From Rhina ancylostomus (taxonomy: Eukaryota), in NCBI GenBank assembly GCA_030265395.1, contig JARFYF010000104.1, positions 25,542,012 to 25,606,011 on the forward strand: a stretch of DNA of 64,000 nt, given 5' to 3'. Position numbers and translations under genes: made by a program. Shown piece after piece: positions 52,480 to 64,000 of the stretch (position 1 is the stretch's first letter; every line of letters begins with the position of its first letter). Below the pieces are notes generated by a model that was not told the DNA's origin, did not search any database, and saw only the letters and a program-made list of their open reading frames with translations.

Positions 52480-53375
52480 ATAAAAATGAGGGATCACTTT
52501 GATGAAATTATACTGTAGGTCATTCAATAGTCAATGGGAAATAGAGGAGCAAATAAAAAGGCAAATTGCAAGTGGGTGTAGAAATAATAGGTTTGTTATG
52601 GTAGGTGACTTTAACTTCTCTGATATGGACTGGGACTACCACAGTGCTTAGATGTGGCAGAATTTGTTAAGTATGCCCAGGAGAGTTTTCTGAAGCAATA
52701 TGTAGATGGCCCTCCTCGAGAAGGGACTACACTCGACCGCCTCTCAGGAAATGAGGCTGTGCAAGTGGCTGAAGTGTCAGTGGAGGATTACATTGGGATC
52801 AGTGACCACAATTCTATTAGTTTCAAGATAGTTATGGAAAGAGTTAAAGTTGTAAATTGGGGCAAGGATAATTTTGATGGCATTGGACTGGAAGTTGCAA
52901 AGGTTGATTGCGAGAAGCTGTTAGCAGGTAAAGGGACATCTGACTTAGAAAGAATGCTTTTATGAGTGAGATAAGAAGAGTTCAGGATACTCAGGGCAAG
53001 ACTTTGGATTAGGGAACTCTGGTTGATGAGGTATATTGAGGCTCTGATCAGGAAAAAGGAGGAATATGCCAGGTATAGGATATCCAAGCAAGTGCCTTAA
53101 AGAGTATAAAGGATGTAGCCATACCCTCAAGAAGGAAATTAGGAGGGCAAAAAGTAAATATTCCTGGCATATAAGATAAAGCAAAATCCTAAAAGTTTCC
53201 ATATTTATATTAACAGCATAATGGTAACTAGGGAGAAAGTCCCTTTAAGGATCAGTCTGGTAAGCTATGTGTGGAGCTGTGGAAGATGACTGAGGTCTTA
53301 AATGAACATTTCTTGTCTGTATTTACCGTGGAGAAACACGTGGAAGCTGGTGAGTTGAGGGAAGAGAACAGTGAC
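52480..53375 (+). mobile_element. CR1 ORF2 fragment (AP-endonuclease C-terminal part and linker)
   Basis: VGDFNFSDMDW, ORF 52654-52965 FLKQYVDGPPREGTTLD...GISDHNSISFKI, then KQNPKSF and EVLNEHFLSVFT. Confidence 0.9.
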
Positions 53376-53379
53376 GGAG

Positions 53380-53810
53380 TCATAGAATCATAGTATTCCT
53401 TCGGCCCAACTCGCCCATGCTGACAAGGCGTGCCTTTCGGAGCTAGTTCCATTTCCCTGGAAGCCTTTCATATCCATGAACCCGTCTCCTTTAAACATTG
53501 GAATTGTATCTGCCTCTTCCTCTGGCAGCTCATTCCACATTCTCACCACCCTCTGTGTGAAAAGCTTGCCCCTCGGGTCCCCTTTATATCTTTCCTCTCT
53601 CGTGTTAAACCTATGCCCTCCAGTTTTATAAACCTTTGCTCTGGCGGGAAAAAAAACTATGACCATCCACCTTATCTATGCCTTTCATGGTTTTATAAAT
53701 CCTTATAAAGTTACTCCTTAGCCTCCTAATGGGATTAGGGTAGATAGGCAACTTGATCGGTACGGACACGTTGGGCCGAAAGGCCTGTTTCCTTGCTGTA
53801 NNNTCCATGA
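53380..53810 (-). mobile_element. CR1 3' end (minus, 53380-53725) plus a short plus-strand CR1 tail (53735-53810)
   Basis: ORF 53388-53666 KTGGHRF...FTQRVVRMWNELPEE is the CR1 ORF2 C-terminus; tails catagaatcatag and gggccgaaaggcctgtttcc. Confidence 0.9.
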
Positions 53811-54460
53811 AAATCTATGAAAAGAAGCAATAGACTGCGGGAAAATTGCACGGGCCTTGCATGTATTTCTCAGTCGCATTTTTACCGAGGTAGATTTCTT
53901 CCACTAAAAGTATGGATTGCAGGATTCACATACCACTGAGAGATCTTTCCTCTTCCCAATCCCAAATCCCTAAATTTACACTGGGGAACGGTTCTTGATT
54001 TAGTTTACAAGTGGACATTACTATTCTCCAAAATCCACCAATTTATAAAAATGCTGCTGTTTCATGTATGCCTTTAAGTAAGCAAACAGTAGTTAGGGTT
54101 GAAAGAAGTACAACATATCCGGTGCTAAAGTCTGATTGTTACCTTCCATGACATTTAAGAATGTCGTCTCCTTTCGATTTAAATTCTGTTGATAAATGTA
54201 GTAGTGTTGCCTGATCTCTGAAAGTTTGAGTTCTCGACTTCCTGTTTCTGAAGATTTGAACTGTTATGCTTTTTTTAAAAAAAAATCGTTATAAACGCTA
54301 AGGGAAGGAGTTCGTTGCTTACAGCCTCGATAAACATAATTGCAGTGAGAAATATGTTCCAGGCTCCCACTACAAGAGCTGGTGAACAGGAGTGGGGAGA
54401 TAAACGGGCGATTGAACAAAGTGAGAGACTCAGACAGCGAACAGCAAGTGCGCTCGCCAG

Positions 54461-54595
54461 CTCACCTCAAAGATGGACACAAAATGGCTTCGGAAAGTTA
54501 AGTGCATTACCGTCCGGGTGTACATTTTCTGTAACTGCTTTGAGGTGAATTCATCATTGCGTGGCCAACACACCTTCCTTCCCCGCCCCCCGCTC
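54461..54595 (-). promoter_or_regulatory. Candidate TATA-less promoter and first non-coding exon ending at 54466
   Basis: Sp1 GC box ccccgccccc at 54581-54590, YY1-like aaaatggc at 54481-54488, minus-strand donor GAG|GTGAG at 54466/54465. Confidence 0.5.
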
Positions 54596-55025
54596 GGTTC
54601 AAGTCAACCTTAATGTAGGACCACGGGGTTCCACATTCAGGTAAACATTCTAGTTCAAAGTTAATCCATGTTGATGAACTTTAGATATCAGTTACTAAAT
54701 TGTAAGATGTGCTCTATTGGCAAACATGACAAAGCCACGCCTGCGGTGGAAGTTCGTGCATCAGAAATCCGCCGGGAATTTGTTTCAGATTAGCGATTCT
54801 CTGTAAGCGAATATCCAGTGCATGTGCTGCACGTTTATAAATATTTATAGCTGTTATATAAACAAAACGAGTCCTAATCATCTTCCTTCACATGTAACCA
54901 ATGTTCTTATTCTGTTGATTTGGTGCCACAGTGCATGTTACCGCGACCTCAAGGTCAATAGCGGTGATCTAGGAAAATCAAGTTTAGCAAAGAGCCGTGA
55001 AACAAACACCTTACCCTCATAAAAC

Positions 55026-55327
55026 CGGGTGCTGAGGGACGCACTGAAGCTTGGTGCAGCTAAGGCTCTGTGGGCAAGGATCACAGTATCGGCTCCTTTC
55101 GCTACGGCACATGGAGTTGGGTTGGGAAGTCCCTCGAACAATGAAAGGGATAGCACCTCGGGGAGACACACAAGTGGCAATTGTGCTGTGTTTGTTTGTG
55201 TCTTTCTCTTTAAAGTTTACACTACTGAATGTAACAACCATGAATGTTAAGGTTTTGTTTTTGCACTGCTTCTTCCTTTGTATATATTTTTATGATGAAT
55301 AAAGTTTATTTTTGAAATATAAAAAAT
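55026..55327 (+). mobile_element. Tx1 (L1-group) LINE, 5'-truncated 3' end; tail-only copies at ~32510-32620 and ~44940-45026
   Basis: VLRDALKLGAAKALWARITV matches the Tx1-type ORF2 C-terminus; aataaa at 55298 and an A-rich tail; candidate TSD ataaaac at 55019-55025 and 55328-55334. Confidence 0.8.
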
Positions 55328-56143
55328 ATAAAACTTAATTGTGTATACGGTGAAATATTAGTAGTGTTTTCACGTGTAATTCTACGTATTTCAATTACTG
55401 AAATGTTGCTACTTGTATAAAAACGCTGTGCAGCTAGTTCTATATTGAAATGTCGACGCGCCATTTAAAAATCATATTAGTAATATATCAAATAAATATG
55501 CTAAAACGACAGAGTTCCTTTCAGTACATTTAATTCTATTTACTGAGAAAAGCATAATATAAGATCCGAAAATCTGGCAGACCACGACCGTAAAGGGGGT
55601 TGAGTGGGGAGATGGGAGTGGTACTGGGATCTCTGACCCATTATAATGCCGCGCCCTGTTTTTTTTAAGCATGTCTTGCTATTTCTTTGACCATTCTGAA
55701 CAACGTTTGCCAAGCCCACGAGAGTTCTTGGTGTTCTATCGAGTTATACCCTAAGCACCTTCTCCATTTTATTTTTGTTTTTTTTAGATTGTCTGAGCAG
55801 TCACAGGCGGTCACTTCACTTCTGTTAGTTTTATTTTCTTCCAAGCAGCCTGCTGACGTTGTTCATTTATATAAAAATATATTACAGGCCGTCATACAGC
55901 GCCTAAACGCTAATAAGCTTCCAGTCTCATTAGACCAAGAAAGAGATTGTAACACTGCATAAAGAACCGCCTGATACAGAAATGTGAGTTCGGCAGAGAA
56001 AAGAGCATGAAAGAGCGTGTTTAAGAACCACTTAGTAAAGCTGCATATTGAATTTATTGATTATATTTCTTGCATAAACTACCGAGTTAACCGAATTTCC
56101 TTCTGTTGTTGTTAATCCACGAGGACTAGAAAATTCATTTTAA

Positions 56144-56213
56144 AATCAATAATATCGTAAATACTTTATCTCGTATGTAATCAATAATATCGTAAATACT
56201 CTATCTCGTATGT
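56144..56213 (+). repeat. Tandem duplication, 35 bp x2, one mismatch
   Basis: aatcaataatatcgtaaatact(t/c)tatctcgtatgt at 56144 and 56179. Confidence 0.95.
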
Positions 56214-58156
56214 TCAAAACGGACGAAGTTGAACATCGGATAATAAAAAAAATTCTTCTGGTCTACAAGTAGCCACAAGTAATGGGATTGCGACCCTTTC
56301 CTTTATAGGTTTATTTTTTGAACATATACCTAACAGTTCGTGAACAAGTTTGCAACGTTGTTAATCAGAGCCACCAGTGCTTACCTCCAGGTTGTGATTT
56401 TATTATCGCAAAAAGTTGCTCGGATATTTAAGGNNNNNNNNNNNNNNNNNNNNNNNNNNNNNNNNNNNNNNNNNNNNNNNNNNNNNNNNNNNNNTTGTTT
56501 CAATTGAAAATATTGCCAATCAGGTATTTTTTTCTTGGTATCTGCGCATTAAAAGATTTTTATTGTTTGATATTTGGATAATGTGCTATACCGTCATTTA
56601 TTGTAACATTTGACGAAACATCAAGTCAGAATTCAAACCAATCATCCTCAACTATTTTTGGTAGATCGATCTATCATCTCATTTTCCCCCTAAAGCTATG
56701 TATTTCTTTCAGAAACCTAGGGTTGACTTAATTGAAATAGCTTACAAAAATAACATTTCATAAAATGCCAGCTGGGAGTTGTTGCAATTAAATCTTATGC
56801 TACTTGATGACCTTTCCCAAACAACAACAGAATTATTCCTGTAATTCGTGTATTTAAAAATAATTCTAATAATAGAAAAACACAACAATTTTACCACATG
56901 AAGTAACTCAAACCCCTTATTGTTCAATCATCTGGCGAACCAATCATATTCTCCATGTTAACCTGACAGTATTTTGGTTACGAAGTAACCATTAACTTAG
57001 ATTCCTCTGTGACCTTTTATCCATCCCTTCATCATACTATAAATCATAACGTTTATTTTACAAATATAATTTTGGCGTTATTATGTAATTAAAATCATGC
57101 TGCAGAATTGGAGACTTGAAAGGAAATTCGGTATGTATAAACATGATTTACTGGTGATGTAATAATTTCTCCCGGATAGTTTAAATAAACACATTAGAGG
57201 AAGAATTTCAGACACGCCAGATGCATATTGAAGTTGACTGGCATGAAGCAGGGTTTGAAAAGTGATGAAACATCTCACTATTTAATACATGTCTTTGCTC
57301 CCATACCGTGTAAATTACAGGATAATAGTGTGCAGACGATAGCAGGCTCTGTTTATACAATCTATTTCTTCACACAAGTTCCCATTGCTTTTTGTAGCCT
57401 TTGCTGTATGTGGTGGTTCTCTGATCCTACTGACCTCAACCATGTGTTTTCACTTTTTGTTCTGATCTCAATTCCATGACCAGCGGGGAATGAAATACAA
57501 ATTGAATAGTAGCCATTCAAAGGCCAGTCTTTTCAAACTGCTTTTAAGTCCTCTTTGTCTTGTCTATGAAGCAATAGTCTAGAACTAAATGCAATGGACT
57601 TTAGAGACTCATTTCCACAGCTGTTAATGTTCCTCACTCTACCCAAGAAACATCGCACTTCAATCCAACAGCAATATATATATACACAGACACATATAAG
57701 AGCACATGAATTGTACGGTACTTCATTAAAATCTGATCTAGCTTACTTCAAATACTATCTTCGTTCTCGCTGTTTTATTTTCTAGAACCCCGACTTTTTC
57801 TGTTCGTTCTAAACTTGCTCTTTTCGCAGATTTTAATTTTCCTCTTCTCATGTGGCATATCATGGCAGAGTTAAATAATCAAAAGTAGCAGTAACAATTG
57901 AATAAATTCGCACCCAAGAAGACTGAACAAAATAGAAATAATATTGGTTGATAACTGTTCTATTTGTCCGGGTGAAATTATATTAGTGTACAGATGTATC
58001 CCTGCGAGTTCTCCCATCGCACTCTGCTTTGCGTGTTGCGAGGCACGATTTGTTTATTCAGCTTCTTTCCTGGAAGGGGCAGTTCGGAGGAGTTAAAACA
58101 TTCTTTATGTTCACTCCAAGCATGCTTTTATTTCCCCTTCTCTCTCTCTCGCTCAG

Positions 58157-58201
58157 AGATTCTGTTCAGCAAATCGACATTTTCTCGCTGTTAGGATTGC
58201 T
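58157..58201 (+). other. Candidate 45-nt internal exon
   Basis: Long pyrimidine tract tttatttccccttctctctctctcgctcAG, then 45 nt, then GTGAGT. Confidence 0.4.
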
Positions 58202-60344
58202 GTGAGTCTGAGGATTCTCGTTTCTCCCAACAAGAAGTTGCATTTTATTACTTTTTATCATTAAAATGCTGATGAACCTATTCCAAATCAAACAGCTAAA
58301 TATGTCTCTCTTTGTTTGTGCAACTTAGGAAATGCATTAATATTTCAGCCACTCCATTGCCTCTTTTAAAGAATTTTGCGTGACAAATATAACATTTTAA
58401 GAGCTAAATTACCAATATCGAAGTTGATACTGCGAAACTTTTCTAGGTTGCTATTCATGTTGGAATAGGTGCGAACATGAAACCCTATATGCGATTGTAG
58501 CCGGAACTGATTAACGTGACGAATAACGAAGGTATATAATAGCCATTTAAATGTGCGGCTAATGTTTGGAAAGCCCACAGGCTTAACTTTAAACTTTCAT
58601 GCAATTGTTTCTTCTGCTCAACGGTCTTGTAAACTTCCCTTGGTTTATGTAGCCTGGTTTTCATTGATGCAGCTTTGCTCAGTTTGCTTTCGTTTAGTTT
58701 ATTAGCCCAAAGGGATATCCAAACTAAACATCTGGGATGAATATTTTGGAGTTGAGTTTCATAGTTATCTAACAACATTATTTAAATCTGTTGGAAGCAG
58801 CACAGCTTTATGAACCAGATTACTATAGAAATGTGTCACCAAATGAGGGATTTGTGTAAAATAAATAATATACGCGGAAACTATATTCAAGCACATAATA
58901 AAATTGCTGCTTTGGACACATACGAAGGAGGTCAAGCGATAACTAGGAAGGTGTTCCTTTGAGAAGTACCAACTTAGATGTCAAGTTACAAACGCTTCAT
59001 GTTATTTTTTTGTCTACTTGTGACAAAGATCTATCTTTTCCATATTAATATACGAATTTACAAACGCTACAACACATTTCAGTACTCCGTCGCATGCATG
59101 TTCTTGTACTATAATAAAAGATCGGAATGTGTTGAATTGCATAATTGACTCCTGAATGTAAAATAAAGAATGGCGTAAAATAGCCACATTCCGTGCTTGT
59201 GTCCACATACAAGTGGAAAAATTACAGTGACGTAAATGTACTTATTTAAAACTTGATCAATTCTGCCACTCCCGTAAATGTTTATTATTTTATTTCTGTG
59301 ATCAGAAGGCCATTGTATTTTTTTTACCATGAGTTAGTTGTGTCAGTTTATCAGCGGCCACGGAACCTGCACTCAATTGCCCTTCTGTAATGTTCTTCAA
59401 GGCAACTAAAATAATGTACTCTTCTCAATGCATGAATTTATATCTGGCATGGAGGAGGCGTGGTGGCAGATTTGCACGAAAGTTTGACAGAGGGATAAAA
59501 TAAATCTCCTCTGTGACCTGCAATTTGTAAAAAAAAGATGCGGTTAGTTAATTGGAAGAAGTCCCAGACCGAGTAACATGTGTACTGCATGAGAAATCAT
59601 TAAGCTCCGCAGAATTGGAAATTAGACAACCATCTAATTCAGAAATAAGAATGCCCTGGAGTACCAACTTCTACCTACGTTAGCCTGTTGTGCTGGGCAA
59701 TGAGTGAAAGTGCGTGGAGGTGGGCGATCACTCTCAGAATTTAAACAGACTCGTCATTTAGGCTTTTAATACATGAGGTATGGAGCTGTACACCATCTGA
59801 GGAAATAAAAAATAAACATAAGCAATAGTCAGGCCTTTTGCCATAGTGGAATATGTTCAGATTAGTTATCATGTTGTGTTCAGGGTCAGGTTTGTTAATC
59901 CTACACTTTGTTTGACTGGCAAATCAGGCTGACCTATTAATCCTGAATGGAAATACTCAGGTAAATTAATCTTGTGCAGCATAGTGAGTTCACAAACTTT
60001 CTTTTGGAACACAGGATTAGGCCATTCGAGCCTGTTTGACCATTCAATTAGATCATGGCTTATCAGTATCTCAAGTTATTTTACCTGGTTTAAGCTTTGT
60101 TCTTGCTGCAAAAACCAACAAAAAACAATCAACCAATGCTTTTGTGTGTGGAATTTGAATTTGAATCTGATCCTGAACGTTTGGCTGACTGTTTTCTTTC
60201 CTGGTTTTCTATGATAGTACACAGGAACAATATTAATCCCCAGTTTTCCATTGTAAATGCTGTGCTTTTGTTTACCTGGACAGTTAAGAAACATTTTAAG
60301 TAAAATTCTGTGTATATAAAACATATTTCAATTTTAAAATAAAG

Positions 60345-61100
60345 TACATAAACCCTTGGAGCAGGTGTAGGCCATTTGGCCATTTGAGCCTTCTCTGCCA
60401 AACATAAAGCTCATGACTGATCTGTGTCATTTTCTAACACTATCCCCATATTCCTTCATTTTCCTAATATCCAGAAATCCAAAAATGCCAAGAATAAACA
60501 CAGTTATTCAACTTCCACAGCTGTCCAGGGTAGAGAATTTCTAAGGCTCACCACCCTCTCGGTGGAGAAATTTGTCCTCATTTTGGTTCTAAATGGTATA
60601 TCCTTTATTCTGGAACTGTGCCACTACTCCTCAGGCAGGGGAAACATTTTACTTGCAACTAACCTGTCAAATCTGTAAGAAATAAAGACTGAGAGGAAAT
60701 CTCCTCTAAACTCTAATGAATATAGCCCCAGTCTGCTCAATCTCTCCTCATATGGCAAGCCCACCATCTCTGGAGTCAATTTAGTGAATCTTTGCAGTTC
60801 TCCCTCTCTAGTAAGTATATCTTTTCTTAGGTAAGGACACCAATACTATACACAATAGTCAAGGTGCATTCTACCAAGGCCCCATAACAATTGCAATAAG
60901 ATATCCTTAATTCTGCATTCAAATCCTCTCATAATAAAGGCTGATAAACCATTTGTCCTCTAAATTGATTGCTGCACTTGCATGTTGGTCTCAGCAACAA
61001 GCTCACCTAAGTTCCTTTGAACATCAATACTACCAATTTCACTGTAAATAATGCTGTCCTTAAGTAAACATAGATGGATACAAACAATGCTTGAATGACT
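60345..61100 (-). mobile_element. CR1 LINE 3' part, decayed
   Basis: gagcaggtgtaggccatttggccatttgagcc tail, ccacagctgtccagggtagagaatttctaagg (reverse of LWNSLP), aggtaaggacaccaatactatacacaatagtc (reverse of YCVQ.W.PYL). Confidence 0.85.
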
Positions 61101-63339
61101 GCAGTTAAATCCAGATCTCCCAAGTATTTTTTCTCAACTTCATAACAAATGTCCATGCTTCCACAGGTAAACACCTGTCTCTGTGACTGACATGTCATAC
61201 AATAATCAGAGATTTCACAAAATCAGGTAAACAATAAAGCCTTCTTACATTAAGTTATTCTCAAAAAATGTTCATGGTATCTTCAATTATGTTTCTTATC
61301 TCCTGCAATTATTGACAAAATATAATTCTAGCAGGAAACGGGTATCCAAATAAAGTCATGCTCTACTGAACAGATAACATTGAAAACAGGCAGCCTCTCT
61401 GGAAAGAAGAGCAGAATTAATATCTCAGCTCAATGATCTTCTGACTAACCTGGGAAGAGTTAGGGGTAAACACTTTTAGGACATAGCAAAAGTATAGAGG
61501 AGAAGAAAGAATGAAAGGGAAGGTCTGTGATAAGCTGAAAGGCATGAGAGATTGTGTCAAACATAATTGATAGTACAAGACAAAAGGGAGTAGTAATAGG
61601 GCAAGTAAAGAAACAAATGTTTGATCTGAATGAAATGAGTAAAGCAGAGCTATTGTGTATAATTACTAAAGGAAAATACTGTAAATGCTCAAAATCTGAA
61701 ATAAAAATACTGGAAAATTTTTTTGAAGCTGTTAAAGTCACAATGTTGATCTGAGCAAACTCAGAGAACCCAAATGCAGCACACTGATACAAGACTGGAG
61801 TCAGGATACTTCCTCAGGACAAACACAGNNNNNNNNNNNNNNNNNNNNNNNNNNNNNNNNNNNNNNNNNNNNNNNNNNNNNNNNNNNNNNNNNNNNNNNN
61901 NNNNNNNNNNNNNNNNNNNNNNNNNNNNNNNNNNNNNNNNNNNNNNNNNNNNNNNNNNNNNNNNNAGACACCACACAGTGAGCAGTAAATACTGTATAAT
62001 TAGGGCTTCAGCTTTTGGGTTTAACTAATAAAAATGAAAAAAAAATTTACCGAAGGTCTACCTGGAAAATTGTTCTTTATTGATTCCCCAATGATTTTTT
62101 TCTGCCAGCAACATCTGTCAACAAGATGGCATTTACATTTACATTGATTTTGCCTTCAGGATGCAGTACATAGCTTTCAAAATGCTTATATAGACATTGA
62201 CCAAACCTGCTTTTTTGCAGCACTGCTGATCAGTGGTGTAACAGTGGTGAAAGAGGAAGTGTTTTCTCATGATTGCTTGAAAGAAAGTGAAGGTTCTGTT
62301 GAAGGAATAATTCTGGTAAAATCTGATCTGCTCTTACTGATTTCAGTTGACTTGTGCTTTATGGAGACTAAAAGTTGATACATCTTTTGAATAAAGTTTT
62401 ATCTTAATAACCAAGAGTACATAACTTTGCTGAACACTAATAAAAAAAACTGAAGAAAACACCTCCAAACTGAATCAAAGATTACAACGTAAAAATTCAA
62501 GTCTTAATTATACTAAATTGAAAGATCAACAAGTAAATTGTAGTTTCACCTGGAATGAGTGTTTGGGTGCACTGGAAGGCAGGGGGGAGGGAGCCCTAAA
62601 CAAAAGTGTTGCATCTCTAATATTTTCTATTTTGAGTTCAAATTTCAAGCATCCACAGTTTTTTACAATATCATACTTAAACACAAGTTCACGCTTGGAA
62701 TCGTCAGAACAGACAACAAATACTAGGGCCTGCGTTTACATTCACATTCTGAAGCTTATCTCTCGCCATTTATCCACATTCTATAATAAAGCTGAGCAAA
62801 AAAATTGTAAACAAAAACATACATATCATGGTTCCAATGGCATTAAAGGCCTGGAATTATTAAAAAAATGTAATATATTAATGTGGGAAATTCACATTGA
62901 ATGATGCATATTAATTTCTAACACTTGGATGATTGTGAAACTTTTACTTACTAAATAATGGGAGGAAAGAACTCTATTCCATTTTGCTCTTTTGTAACTG
63001 AAAATATATGGAAGAACAAAACCTCAAATCATATACTAATTTGTCCATTGGAGTTCTTGCAACAAGTGTAACTAATTTAAGTTACCATAAGGACAGTATG
63101 GCCACAATCCAAGAAGCTCTTACTTAGTGAGATTGTGTCACATCATTTACATGTAATGTCTTTTCCAGAGAGGAGGGAAGTTATAAAAACAAAAGAAAAG
63201 CCTATGTTATGTACAATTGATAGCAGGAAAAAATCTGTTTACTCAGTAATTCATTTGATTCTTTTCTTTGCTTCAACAGCTTTCTCAGTCACTGGAGATT
63301 TGGATTCAGGAACTCAAAATATACTGAATTACAAAATCT

Positions 63340-63910
63340 CTTTGAATCAAAGGAGGAAACAAAGGGAAAATACCCAAATAGTTGGACAAAATATGTAACT
63401 GGGTAGAATAATGGCAGATGTTATTTAATTGAAAGAATATCTAGGAGGAAAAATAGGTACCATAACAATCTATAGTTCTAAAGTCTGCTCTTGCACTGAT
63501 GTACATAATCCACCAGTTAATATGTTTTGGAATACTGCATGCAACAAACCAATTTTTCAAAATAGGCAGCAGAACATGAAAATGGGAACAATGGAAGAAA
63601 TAGCTAAGAATAACTTTGAAAGAGCTTAAAGCTTCAGTAGGTCAGTACATGAATTTGAGCCACTGCCACTGGCAAAGCAGATGATGATGTAAATTATATA
63701 ATAAAAGTAAAACATTACAAATTGAAAGTAGTCATACCTAAACTGTAACAGGCCCTTGCTGGGCCATACCTTCACTACTTCTTCAGTTCTAGTCACAGAT
63801 ATTTAAAGAAGCCTGGTGCTGCTGCTATGAGGAACAAAACTAACCCCTCTTGAATGAATTCCAAGGTAAGTCTGGAGAAAAATAAGTGTTTTAACCCTGA
63901 ACAGTGAAAT
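63340..63910 (+). mobile_element. Highly decayed CR1 RT 3' fragment
   Basis: tggcagatgttatttaat (WQM.FN) and cccttgctgggccataccttcactacttcttcagttctagtcac (LV.P.L.Y..QF.S). Confidence 0.55.
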
Positions 63911-64000
63911 TGCAAAACTACAATAGGCATTTTTATATTATGCATCTTTCATTCTTTGGTTAACAGGGCAAAATAACTCCAAACCTTTTTGTAGACAAAG

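Larger units (their letters stand above)
53400..59750. other. CpG-retaining (putatively hypomethylated) domain B
   Basis: CpGs occur in most 60-bp lines here but are rare in 41.3-53.3 kb and beyond 60 kb; contains a GC box, YY1-like motifs and splice signals. Confidence 0.75.

Noticed and set aside
63953-63965. tctttggttaac resembling the 5' end of miR-9; conserved miRNAs were also searched for by eye in both CpG domains
   Set aside because: The match ends after 10 nt with no hairpin; no complete mature miRNA sequence was recognised anywhere.
1-64000. CRISPR array, rRNA, operons or other prokaryotic/viral systems
   Set aside because: No regularly spaced repeats and no gene-dense segments; repeat content and CpG depletion indicate a vertebrate nuclear genome.

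Overview
Vertebrate (elasmobranch) non-coding genomic DNA from a gapped assembly. The repeats are typical of sharks and rays: many decayed CR1 LINE pieces, V-SINEs with an (ATCTT)n tail, a Deu-domain SINE, and remnants of Penelope, RTE, Rex/Babar, Tx1, Gypsy and Harbinger elements. A batoid such as a sawfish or guitarfish is my guess from recalled repeat tails. I found no intact protein-coding gene; the ORFs I could recognise are degraded transposon fragments. The main structure is a CpG-depleted, repeat-rich background interrupted by two broad CpG-retaining domains (~22.1-41.3 kb, split by a CpG-poor CR1, and ~53.4-59.8 kb). These hold promoter motifs, strong splice signals on both strands and enhancer-like motif clusters. 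This fits a hypomethylated regulatory landscape of a developmental gene lying outside the window, possibly with unannotated spliced lncRNAs. Best leads: an 87-nt palindrome at 54462-54548 with the same splice donor on both strands beside YY1/Sp1 sites, a 17-bp GNRA hairpin at 34575-34614, and a small insertion flanked by a 12-bp direct repeat (10244-10351) that copies a SINE/Penelope junction from 1.2 kb away. Repeat boundaries are approximate and all family calls are by eye.
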